Below, one piece after another: positions 19,103 to 28,214 of a stretch of 64,000 nt of DNA. Numbering within the stretch: the first letter of the stretch is position 1; every line of letters starts with the position of its first letter. A program made the position numbers and the translations under genes. The stretch is from Candidatus Woesearchaeota archaeon (GTDB lineage: Archaea > Nanobdellota > Nanobdellia > Woesearchaeales > UBA9642). A model generated the notes under the pieces. The model searched no databases, was not told where the DNA came from, and saw nothing but the letters and a program-made list of their open reading frames with translations. Location of the stretch: contig JAWABG010000001.1 of NCBI GenBank assembly GCA_038884715.1, forward strand, positions 38,287-102,286, written 5' to 3'.

Positions 19103-19246
19103 TTATCCAAACAAGTCAAACATTCTTGAAATTCCACCGCTCAGTCTTCCAACAATAAATAATATTATTGCTAAAACAGCTATTGCTATCAGTATCCAGG
19201 CAAGTGGATTATCGAGCATTGATTTTTTTTGTTCAATTATTTTCAT
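19103..19246 (-). CDS. Candidate small membrane protein (47 aa). It falls below the ORF-track cutoff.
   Basis: Manual translation: MKIIEQKKSMLDNPLAWILIAIAVLAIILFIVGRLSGGISRMFDLFG*. One clear TM helix. Same strand as the island genes, 49 nt upstream of 18538..19053. Confidence 0.25.
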   Translation of the reverse strand: MKIIEQKKSMLDNPLAWILIAIAVLAIILFIVGRLSGGISRMFDLFG

Positions 19247-19582
19247 TTTTTTATTATTATACAATAATAATTTAATTATTATATACTCAAGGTATGCATA
19301 TATAATTTATATTATATAATTATTTATATAATTCGTGTTGTATAGTAAATAGTATAAATAGTATATAAAATAATAAAATAGTATAAAATTTATAATAATA
19401 TATTATTATAATAGGAATATATTATAATAAGATGTATTATAATAAGATTTAATACGGCTATATGATTATAACTAAATATTTATTAAAGTTTGTCTTTTTT
19501 ATCTATGTTGTGCTAATAATTTTACAATATTATTATAATACTAATCATATAATATTAATATTTTTTTTATAACCTGTTGTGG

Positions 19583-20536
19583 TCAGACTTTTTCTTTTTG
19601 TGTCGCAATATATTCACAACCAAGATCCTTAATATTTTGAGTATTATATTCAACAATAAATAATCCTGACGCCCACTCTGCATCTGTTGTCTCGAAAATA
19701 GCATCATAGGCAAGTTTTATTCCACTAATTACTACAACAGCGGCACCCCCAATTACCGCAACAGGAAGCCCGACTCCGGAAGCAACAGCAAGTAATAAAA
19801 AGCCCCCCACAACACCAGCCCCAGTTCCTGCAAGAAAAAAACCAAGCCTACTTTTATCTAAGGTGTTTGTATAAAACCTGCTTAGAGATTCTGAACCTTT
19901 AGCATAAACAAAGATAACACCATAATCGTTATTTGTATTTAATGTATCTAATTTTTTTGCTTCAACAGTAATAGGATGGTCTGCGAGATATCTTTGGGAT
20001 TGTGGAGTACTATAACCCGCAAAATAATCAGAAAATGTTATTTTTTTGTTTGGCATATTTACATTTGCCAGATATTCCGTAAATCCTTCTATTGTTTTAT
20101 TCTTTTCCTTAAATGTTATAAATGAACAGACATGACAAAATGTTCCATCCTTTTCCTTGAACATTTCTGGTTTTCCCTCAAGCCATATATTCCAGCAGCG
20201 CCTCATTTCATTTGCTATTTTTGACTTAATATTAAGCTGGGAATTATCATTAATTTTGACAATATTTGTTGGACAATTAATCTTTACAACAAAATCATTT
20301 GCAATTGCTAAATAATTATTACTCATTCCAATCAGCAATGCCTCTTTTGTAACAGCATCCTTACATCTTTGCTCTTCTTCTATAACTTTTTGCTTATCAT
20401 ATATTTTTTTAATAAAAAATCCACCAATTATAAGCATTAATACTGCAAGAATTATTATCACTATAAACATCATTCCATGACCGGAATCATCCTCTCCAGT
20501 ATCTTGAGCCTTCTTATTAAGTTTTTTGAATATCAT
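19583..20536 (-). CDS. Hypothetical membrane protein with an N-terminal TM and a C-terminal Gly/Ala-rich hydrophobic segment.
   Basis: N-terminus MIFKKLNKKAQDTGEDDSGHGMMFIVIIILAVLMLIIGGFFI. C-terminus GFFLAGTGAGVVGGFLLLAVASGVGLPVAVIGGAAVVVISG. Confidence 0.4.
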   Translation of the reverse strand: MIFKKLNKKAQDTGEDDSGHGMMFIVIIILAVLMLIIGGFFIKKIYDKQKVIEEEQRCKDAVTKEALLIGMSNNYLAIANDFVVKINCPTNIVKINDNSQLNIKSKIANEMRRCWNIWLEGKPEMFKEKDGTFCHVCSFITFKEKNKTIEGFTEYLANVNMPNKKITFSDYFAGYSTPQSQRYLADHPITVEAKKLDTLNTNNDYGVIFVYAKGSESLSRFYTNTLDKSRLGFFLAGTGAGVVGGFLLLAVASGVGLPVAVIGGAAVVVISGIKLAYDAIFETTDAEWASGLFIVEYNTQNIKDLGCEYIATQKEKV

Positions 20537-20567
20537 TTTAAATTTTTTGGATATTTCTCTTTTTAAT

Positions 20568-21497
20568 TTATATTAATTTTGAGCATTGATTTTTCAATTC
20601 AGATGTAGGAATAATATAAGCAAAATAAGAACTCAGATGTTTTTCAGCACCCTCTCTTACAAAGTAAATAACATAGGTTTGCATTTTATCAAATTCAATA
20701 TTTCTGTACTGTGCCATGCTTGGATGCTTTGCCCTATTATTAACGATTTCATCCCAGAGCAATCCAATACTAGGTTGTACAACAAAAAATGATATGGCAA
20801 CAGGATCGCTGGCGGGTATATTTAAATAATTTGAATCCATATAATTCTCAAAACAGCTTGGATTATTTGAATAGAAAAAACAAATGGTGTCATCTGACCC
20901 GGGGTATTTGTTTGTAATATATTCATAATATGTAATATCACTATTCGCCATCTTATTTTCTTTCAAATAATTATAGAATCCTGAAAATGAATTCTGAGAT
21001 ACATCTTTATTAAAAGAAATTTGGTCGCAGATAAAGCAAAGCTTCTCATTTTTGCCTAAATCATAATATTGGTCATTCAAAATTTCTAGTTTTCCTTCAT
21101 AGAACTGATACCAGCATCTCTTCAGTTCCTCAGCTAAAAAGGCATTTACGTGCTCGTCTGTTAAAGAAGAGAACGAACGTATTTGCGCCCCCCTATAATA
21201 AAATGAAACCTTATCTCCGTTTACTTCAACTTTTGTATTATAGAATTTAACATTCATCGTATTGCATTCAATTGTAAATGGAGAATCAACTTTCAATGGT
21301 CCTAACTTAAATTTGGTAACTGCTTGAGTATATACACTTGTCTTACATACCTCTCTGTTCTTATAACTATTAAGATTGGTAGTACATTTATTAAGCAATA
21401 AAAGCATTACTGCAAGACCTACTATTATTATAATCAGCGAAACAGTAAACATACTTATTCCTTTTTTGTTTTTTTTCAATAGATTTTCAGATTTCAT
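20568..21497 (-). CDS. Hypothetical surface protein with a class III (pilin-like) signal peptide.
   Basis: MKSENLLKKNKKGISMFTVSLIIIIVGLAVMLLLL. Its start codon overlaps the stop of the upstream micro-ORF (ATGA). Confidence 0.45.
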   Translation of the reverse strand: MKSENLLKKNKKGISMFTVSLIIIIVGLAVMLLLLNKCTTNLNSYKNREVCKTSVYTQAVTKFKLGPLKVDSPFTIECNTMNVKFYNTKVEVNGDKVSFYYRGAQIRSFSSLTDEHVNAFLAEELKRCWYQFYEGKLEILNDQYYDLGKNEKLCFICDQISFNKDVSQNSFSGFYNYLKENKMANSDITYYEYITNKYPGSDDTICFFYSNNPSCFENYMDSNYLNIPASDPVAISFFVVQPSIGLLWDEIVNNRAKHPSMAQYRNIEFDKMQTYVIYFVREGAEKHLSSYFAYIIPTSELKNQCSKLI

Positions 21498-21604
21498 TTA
21501 AGAAAACTCCTCACTATTCTTAAACAAATAAATATGAATATGATTGCTCCAAGTATTGCAAGTATTATTTTTATTGTTTTTTCTGTCAAGGCTTTTTTAT
21601 TCAT
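21494..21604 (-). CDS. Candidate 36-aa micro-pilin-like ORF, translationally coupled to the downstream gene through an ATGA overlap.
   Basis: Manual translation: MNKKALTEKTIKIILAILGAIIFIFICLRIVRSFLK*. Its stop TGA overlaps the ATG of 20568..21497. Its last codons contain GTGAGGAG, which serves as an SD for the next gene. Confidence 0.3.
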   Translation of the reverse strand: MNKKALTEKTIKIILAILGAIIFIFICLRIVRSFLK

Positions 21605-21726
21605 CTTTGTATTAGTTATTTTTTTATATTTAATGTTTGTATTAGTTTCTTATTTTTAATAACTTATTTTAACAATACTTAAAATATATGTTATATATTA
21701 TTAAATTATAGTTTATTTAAAACTTC

Positions 21727-22218
21727 TTATTTGCATATTGCCAGTTCAATCCTCGTACTAATCCCCCCACCTATAGGAATTGGCTGGTTCGAAGTAATTC
21801 CCTGAATACTTGTTCTATTGCATTTATATGAATATGTATAATGTGGGTTTTCAATATTAATCCTATATTTGGTATTCCAAACTAAAAAAGTTTTATTTAG
21901 GATTAGTTCAATGGTTTTATTAATTTGTTGACATGAAGTAAAACCATTACAAATAATTCTTTTTTCCTTATTGCAGTCTACAATAAATTCCTGTATGGAA
22001 TAAGGAATACCTCCACAATCTATCTGTGTATCAAGCAACGCAAGTAAATAAGATTGAGCAAGTTTATCATCAATGTAATTTTTTGGTGTATGTTTAGGTA
22101 TGTGACTTGAGAGTGTAAAAAAGAGATAAGTTCCTATGGCTACAAGCACAACAATTATTGCTAAACCCATAATTTCAATTTGGGATTTTTTGAATTTTTT
22201 TTTAGGATTTCTTTTCAT
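21727..22218 (-). CDS. Hypothetical pilin-like protein with a Cys-containing C-terminal domain.
   Basis: MKRNPKKKFKKSQIEIMGLAIIVVLVAIGTYLFF (KKSQ then IEIMGL, class III leader). Confidence 0.45.
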   Translation of the reverse strand: MKRNPKKKFKKSQIEIMGLAIIVVLVAIGTYLFFTLSSHIPKHTPKNYIDDKLAQSYLLALLDTQIDCGGIPYSIQEFIVDCNKEKRIICNGFTSCQQINKTIELILNKTFLVWNTKYRINIENPHYTYSYKCNRTSIQGITSNQPIPIGGGISTRIELAICK

Positions 22219-22233
22219 ATTAAGTTTAATTAT

Positions 22234-22698
22234 TTAGGCATATCTCTCAACTTTTAATATTGCAAAGCCTCTTGTATTAGTAATGGGATTGTAGAGGTTT
22301 ATTGGTATAAACACTGGATTTTTTAAGACATATTCCTCGGGAATATTTTCATATAAAACAATTTCTTCATTTTCAAAAAACGTTGATGAGTTAGGCAAAA
22401 CTTGTATTATAGATATGTACGCATTACCAAAAAAAGAGGAATAAAAAAATCTTGAATCAGACGATTCCATTAAATTAATAAAGGCAATAACCTTAAGAAT
22501 ATCAATGCAACTGATTTTATTATTTGTGCAATGAATCTCTGGTAAAGAAGAAACTATATTTGCCAACTTTAGTGTGTTTATCTCGCTAGCTTGTTGAATT
22601 TCCTCATTATATTTGTTTCTGTTATACGATGAGTATATTGCAATACCAATAATTATCATTATCAAAATTATTATCACAACTCCCACTGATTCGGCCAT
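22234..22698 (-). CDS. Hypothetical membrane-anchored protein.
   Basis: MAESVGVVIIILIMIIIGIAIYSSY N-terminal TM. A 15-nt gap to the upstream gene. Confidence 0.35.
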   Translation of the reverse strand: MAESVGVVIIILIMIIIGIAIYSSYNRNKYNEEIQQASEINTLKLANIVSSLPEIHCTNNKISCIDILKVIAFINLMESSDSRFFYSSFFGNAYISIIQVLPNSSTFFENEEIVLYENIPEEYVLKNPVFIPINLYNPITNTRGFAILKVERYA

Positions 22699-22806
22699 CT
22701 GAACCTGTGATTTCTTTCTAAACTCTTGAATATTTATTCACCTCTAATATTATAACTGTTTAATTGTTATAATTAATTTTTATAATTGGTTGATTTCTGT
22801 AATGTT

Positions 22807-23835
22807 TTAGTAAACAGTAGGACAGCTTGCTCTACTCAGATCCTCGTTTTCTTTTTCGAGTCTTTGACTGCTCGAGTATATTGTAGCCGCATTACTTCTA
22901 CTTAATTCATCTGTGCTGTTTTTTATTTGATTAAAATAACTGGGAAAATTAACATAGTATTGTTGACACCTGTTGTTATTAAACTGACTCTCAATTTCGT
23001 TTGCTCTTATCAATAAAATTGTAGCAGTGAATCTTAAACGCTTTAATGCCTTTCTCATCGTACAAACATAATATTCTGTATTTTCTGAAAAAATAGCGCC
23101 ATAAATGGATTCTTTTTTTAAAAAGAATGAAGTCTTTGTTGAAAATCCATCTTTGAACTGAATCGTACCATAACTATTTAAAGGATGTTCAAAAATACTA
23201 GAATCAGGATTAATTATTACTGCAGTTGACTTACTGGGTAAAGAGTCAGGAACAGTTTTATAAAATATTAGCCTACAATTATCATAACTAGAACAAGAAA
23301 ATCCGTTTAAAGAAGAAATAAGTTTTTTCGTCTTGTTAAGTGGAATTGTATTATATAAATCAATGATTTCTGGATCATTACCAACAAAAACAAACTGTGT
23401 TCTATCATCTGCAAGCATAAGAAAAGAACCAGCGAGCATTGGAATATTCCAATTAACAGTCCAAGCATAAATATTACCTTTTAGATTGCTCTTAGAAAAA
23501 ATAATTAAGCTCTCAATTGATTTCTCATATCCTTTTATATTAATTGTCGATATATCATCTCTGTCACACGTCATTACAACAGGTGTTCCATACATCTCAA
23601 TAATCCTAAAGGTTCCTTCACTGTTAACGCTCGACTCTTGTGCTGTTCTTAGAACGTTATCAATATTATGAAGAACAGTAATATCAATCTTCTTAAGACC
23701 GGTGCTTTTAATGCTATTAATTAATACTAGAAGAAAAATAAATATTATTGCTCCTGAAATAAGAACAAATATCCAGTTAAATTGTAATTCTATCGTTCCT
23801 CTTTTTTTGATTCTTTTAATTCTCTTTGCAAGCAT
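22807..23835 (-). CDS. Hypothetical surface protein with a class III-like signal peptide.
   Basis: MLAKRIKRIKKRGTIELQFNWIFVLISGAIIFIFLLVLI (KKRG then TIEL). Confidence 0.45.
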   Translation of the reverse strand: MLAKRIKRIKKRGTIELQFNWIFVLISGAIIFIFLLVLINSIKSTGLKKIDITVLHNIDNVLRTAQESSVNSEGTFRIIEMYGTPVVMTCDRDDISTINIKGYEKSIESLIIFSKSNLKGNIYAWTVNWNIPMLAGSFLMLADDRTQFVFVGNDPEIIDLYNTIPLNKTKKLISSLNGFSCSSYDNCRLIFYKTVPDSLPSKSTAVIINPDSSIFEHPLNSYGTIQFKDGFSTKTSFFLKKESIYGAIFSENTEYYVCTMRKALKRLRFTATILLIRANEIESQFNNNRCQQYYVNFPSYFNQIKNSTDELSRSNAATIYSSSQRLEKENEDLSRASCPTVY

Positions 23836-23914
23836 AAAAATAATTCAATGTTGTGATAATATAAAGTTTTTGGAAAAAAATAAATTTAACATTTAATTAA
23901 TATTGTGAATAAAA

Positions 23915-24406
23915 TTAAGTTGTCTCGGAGACAATTGTTGTCTGACCGTTTCCAGTGAATGTCAATTTAAGACCCCTACCAACACTGATACATAAAAATC
24001 CATTATCAACTTCAAGTTTTTCAGAATACGCAAGAGGCTTTGTTTCCTTGCTTGTTACTAAAAAAATGTTCATTTGAACTCCATCTTCTACACTGTCTTT
24101 AATTATTGGATATTGATTAGGGATAATACCATTAGCACCAATTTTATTTGTACTTACAAAGCAGATTTCTTTTGAATTGCATGGCGCCTGTAAGATTTCT
24201 TTATGAACAGATCCATAATCACTATATATATCAATATATTTATTTATATTGCTAATAAATGATGTTTCTTGAATATTGCACTTTTCTATAGTTATTTTCT
24301 TAAATAGATTGGCTCCGATAAGTGCTAAAAAGCCAACAACAATAATAGCAAAAATATATATAAAAACTTGTCCTACAATTTGGGATTTCTTATAAGGTAT
24401 AATCAT
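23915..24406 (-). CDS. Hypothetical pilin-like protein; first gene of the co-directional run.
   Basis: MIIPYKKSQIVGQVFIYIFAIIVVGFLALIGANLF (KKSQ then a hydrophobic helix). Confidence 0.45.
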   Translation of the reverse strand: MIIPYKKSQIVGQVFIYIFAIIVVGFLALIGANLFKKITIEKCNIQETSFISNINKYIDIYSDYGSVHKEILQAPCNSKEICFVSTNKIGANGIIPNQYPIIKDSVEDGVQMNIFLVTSKETKPLAYSEKLEVDNGFLCISVGRGLKLTFTGNGQTTIVSETT

Positions 24407-24742
24407 ACAGAAATAAATTAAAAATAGTATTTAAAAATCTTTAGTTTTAGTTTTTATTTTGTATTTTCCATAATTTTAAACTATTCTTATTTACTATTTA
24501 TAAATGCATTCTTATTATTTAATAATGTATTATCGTCTTCCTGACTATATCTTCCTAACTATTTGAGTCTTACTAATTTTTACTATATAGTTTAACCTTC
24601 TTCTATTTTGACGTGCTTCTAATCTCATCTGTTTTTTTATTTCAATATGTATTGAACCAAATAAATTAATATATAAAATAATATATAAAAGAAAATAAGC
24701 AATAATAAATAAATAATAAAATAATAAAAATTTAATAAAAAA

Positions 24743-27700
24743 TTATTGTTTTGGTAAAATCTTTAATTCACTTAGTATTTTACTGACTTCTTTTTTTGTC
24801 AGAAGTTTTTTCTCAGCGAGGTCAAAAAGTATGTTCGCCACAGTCTGCTTTGATAATTGATTAGTCTCTAGAAGTCTTGAAAGAACAAATTTAAAAACAT
24901 CAGTATTAACTTGTTTTCTCTCAGTAATATTAGCAAAGATATCCATCATATCTTTTTTAGTAACTTTTTTCTTTTCTACAACTTCTTTAATGCTTGACTT
25001 AGTTTTTCCTGAAATCTCTGCAAGCCTGTCAAAAATTTCTTTATTAGTCATATTATAAATATTTGCTTTATCTTGTTTGTCAATTTCAGCGAGTTTTTCT
25101 GTTTTATAGGAATCAAGTTCTGGTTTTAAATTAATAAGTTCTTTCTTATGGTCAATATCGTTATTATGGTTAAGAACTGCAACAATTTTTGATTTTTCAT
25201 TTTGCTTTTTCAAATTCTTAATTGTACCTAATCTTTGAAAAACATCTTCATTAATATCCTCTTTCTTAACTTCAGTTCCTGTCTCTTTTTCTTCGCGTTT
25301 GGCTAATTTAGTAATATCAATATAGCCATCTTCATCTGTTTCCAACTCTTTTTTATTTGTGCTATTTTTTTCATCCATTATGGGACTTACAGATTTCTTT
25401 AATTTTTCTGTACCATTTTTTGTTTCCATTGACTTTTTATCATCAACACTAGTTAGATTTTTAAGTTCATCAGATCTGAACTTATCAAAAATATTTGATC
25501 TTTCTTTTTTTCTCTGATTTCTCTTTTGTTGCAGTCTCTTTTCAATTATCTGAAGATTTGAGATATCTTGCTCTCTAGTAATTCTTGTTGGATTTCTTCC
25601 TAAAATATTTTGAACTGTAATTGGCTTTCCGGTTTGTTTTGGAACTTGACTCTTAATAAATTTTGTATAAACAATATATCCACAACCACCTATTAGTAGA
25701 GATATACCTACAATTAATAGTATAATTGGCAATATTTTTTCTTTTTCAGGATGACTGTTTGAATCTAAAGGGTCTGTCCCAGAAAGGAATTCTTTTATAT
25801 CAGAAAATCCGTCATTATCAGAATCAGAATTAGGATTAGCACAATCTATACATCTAAAGTATTCATATTCCCACCAGTCAGGAAGGCCGTCATTATCAGA
25901 ATCTATATTTGCATTTCTAACAGGGACGCATTTATTATCTACACAAATAAGATTGGGTTCACAATTAGAATCAAGACCTGCACAACTAACACCCAAACCA
26001 CAAGGATCACAATTACCTCCACAATCAATACCGCTTTCATTGCCATTTACTCTATTATCATCACAACGTGGAGCTTCACAAATCTTTGATACATTACAGT
26101 TATTGCTAATGCAATCTTCATTAAACAAACATTTCTTGCCGTTTGAACATCTTGGACAATTGAATCCTCCACAATCAATATCTGTCTCGTCAATATCAGT
26201 AACTCCGTTAACATTACAATTCTCTCTTGTTTGATTCTGGTTCGTTCTATTTAATTGATTCTGAGATTGATTGCTAACTATAATCCTCAATCTATCTTTA
26301 ATATAGTTATTATTATTATCAGATGCATTCCAACAAATATAACTTGTTGTTGTTAGAGTATCTTCATAACCATACTCTCTTTCCTGAGTAGGCGTACAAT
26401 TGGAACTATTTGATTTTCCAAAATAATAATAATTCTTGCATCCACTAATATAATCCTCACAAGTAATGTTAAATATAGTATAACCAGCATAAGATGTTGT
26501 GAAAACTCTTATTATTGGAGGTTCAGTATCACAAGTTGTACTCATAGTATCAATGACTGAAAATGTTTTTGATGCTACGGATCCTGCACGACCAGACTTG
26601 TCTACGGCAAATGCATTCCAAGAATATATCTGGCCAACTTCAAGATTATTATTTAAAGAAACATGAATAGTTACTCTATTACCTGAACCAGAGTGTGCCC
26701 AGCCAAATATTCTATCATTTCCCTTAGAAATGCTATAGTTAAAATAGTCAATACCGCTTCCGTTTGCAGTATCATTTGATTCAAGTAAAGCTGAGAACTC
26801 GTTTAATGAGCAATAAGTGCTTGACGCAGTGATTGTTGTCGAACCAGGATTCGTGAGATCAATCACAAATGGAAAATAAAGATTCGCTTGACCAAATTGA
26901 TAAGCACAAAAAATATCAACACCGTATCTACCCTCGAGTATGTTAGTAAAATTATGTGTAAATGTCAAATGGTCTTCTGTATTCATATCTGATGTTATGT
27001 TCGCTATGCTACAATAACTTGCAAGCATATTTGTTCTAACGACTAATTGATAATTTGAGGTTTGTGAGTATTGGGGAGAAAGCACTGTAATGGTAAGAGG
27101 AACGCTAAAATTTAATAATTGGGTGTATTGAATACTGCTATATAGACCTGCGAGATTCATACAAGTAATATTATAATTTACGATATAAAAAGGATTGGAT
27201 GAAGGAACTGTATATGATATATTTATTTTGTGTATTCTAACAAAATCTGCTGTTTTATTTTCATGATATGGATTAATATATATTCTTTGGGTTCCATCAT
27301 ATATTGAACAAATTGTCGGATCAGATGTTGTAATTGTGAATTCGGTAAATTTCCTGCTAGGATCAATTATTGGATTGGGTGTTGAAGTTACACTTATTGC
27401 TGATGGAGTTGTATCATATCCGAGCAAGAATTGAAGTGGAGAAAGATGACCTGATCTGTTGCAGATAGCAGTATAAACTTGATAGTCTTCTGGTTGCGTG
27501 ATTAAGTTAAAGCTATGATTGTAATGATTCTGAGATTCTTCTGGAGGTTCAAATCTTAATGGAAGAATTGAATAAAGTTGGTTTAAGTCATTTATGTGTT
27601 TTGGTTTTCTTCCAAATTTACAAGTTGCTATTTCGCTGCTATAAAGTTGTATATCAAATGGATAACTATTAGCAACACCTCTTAATGGCCTTATTAATTG

Positions 27701-28135
27701 CATTGGCATATAGCCTTCAGTATATACATTAAATACAGCTGTTTCCTCAGCAAAATTGGTGTCAATATCTCTTCCACTAATCCAAAAATTATATTCTCCA
27801 TTAAATAAAAAAGTTGTTGTGTTATAAACAATTTTTGTTGTATTTAAAATATGATTTTCACTAAAATCAATCTGAACAACAGAATCAGAGTAATCCATAA
27901 ATTCATCATATAGTCTGTAGTTTATGTTAATAATTGGTCTTTCAGTAAATGTAACATTTATTGTTGGCTTTGAATTGTTGACATCTGTCGGAATAAAGAT
28001 TAATGCAGACACATAAATTAGTATAGAACTGAACAAGTATATTAAGCTTATCATTACTAAAAACAAAACATATATTTTAGTATATGATTTTTCAGTATAT
28101 AACTTGGTTTTTATTTTGTTGTTCTTTGAGCTCAT
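24743..28135 (-). CDS. Receptor-like single-pass membrane protein (1130 aa). It has a large extracellular region with Cys-rich modules and TSP3-type Ca-binding repeats, a TM helix, and a 330-aa K/E-rich cytoplasmic tail with tandem helical repeats.
   Basis: N-terminal signal/anchor MSSKNNKIKTKLYTEKSYTKIYVLFLVMISLIYLF. Cys modules CNVNGVTDIDETDIDCGGFNCPRC... and DCGGNCDPCGLGVSC. TSP3-type repeats DSDNDGLPDWWEY and DSDNDGFSDIKEF. TM helix ILPIILLIVGISLLIGGCGYIVY. The tail repeats TDVFKFVLSRL, QTVANILFDLAEKKLL and KEVSKILSEL. Confidence 0.6.
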   Translation of the reverse strand: MSSKNNKIKTKLYTEKSYTKIYVLFLVMISLIYLFSSILIYVSALIFIPTDVNNSKPTINVTFTERPIININYRLYDEFMDYSDSVVQIDFSENHILNTTKIVYNTTTFLFNGEYNFWISGRDIDTNFAEETAVFNVYTEGYMPMQLIRPLRGVANSYPFDIQLYSSEIATCKFGRKPKHINDLNQLYSILPLRFEPPEESQNHYNHSFNLITQPEDYQVYTAICNRSGHLSPLQFLLGYDTTPSAISVTSTPNPIIDPSRKFTEFTITTSDPTICSIYDGTQRIYINPYHENKTADFVRIHKINISYTVPSSNPFYIVNYNITCMNLAGLYSSIQYTQLLNFSVPLTITVLSPQYSQTSNYQLVVRTNMLASYCSIANITSDMNTEDHLTFTHNFTNILEGRYGVDIFCAYQFGQANLYFPFVIDLTNPGSTTITASSTYCSLNEFSALLESNDTANGSGIDYFNYSISKGNDRIFGWAHSGSGNRVTIHVSLNNNLEVGQIYSWNAFAVDKSGRAGSVASKTFSVIDTMSTTCDTEPPIIRVFTTSYAGYTIFNITCEDYISGCKNYYYFGKSNSSNCTPTQEREYGYEDTLTTTSYICWNASDNNNNYIKDRLRIIVSNQSQNQLNRTNQNQTRENCNVNGVTDIDETDIDCGGFNCPRCSNGKKCLFNEDCISNNCNVSKICEAPRCDDNRVNGNESGIDCGGNCDPCGLGVSCAGLDSNCEPNLICVDNKCVPVRNANIDSDNDGLPDWWEYEYFRCIDCANPNSDSDNDGFSDIKEFLSGTDPLDSNSHPEKEKILPIILLIVGISLLIGGCGYIVYTKFIKSQVPKQTGKPITVQNILGRNPTRITREQDISNLQIIEKRLQQKRNQRKKERSNIFDKFRSDELKNLTSVDDKKSMETKNGTEKLKKSVSPIMDEKNSTNKKELETDEDGYIDITKLAKREEKETGTEVKKEDINEDVFQRLGTIKNLKKQNEKSKIVAVLNHNNDIDHKKELINLKPELDSYKTEKLAEIDKQDKANIYNMTNKEIFDRLAEISGKTKSSIKEVVEKKKVTKKDMMDIFANITERKQVNTDVFKFVLSRLLETNQLSKQTVANILFDLAEKKLLTKKEVSKILSELKILPKQ

Positions 28136-28214
28136 TAACCCACCACTTTTTTAAAAATTACCTTTTTCAAAAATTAGTTTTGTTGTATTTAATGTTGAAC
28201 TTTTCAATTCAGGA

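Noticed and set aside
24743-25760. PGF-CTERM/archaeosortase signal at the TM of the 1130-aa protein.
   Set aside because: The TM helix is followed by about 330 further residues. It is not at the extreme C-terminus with a short basic tail.
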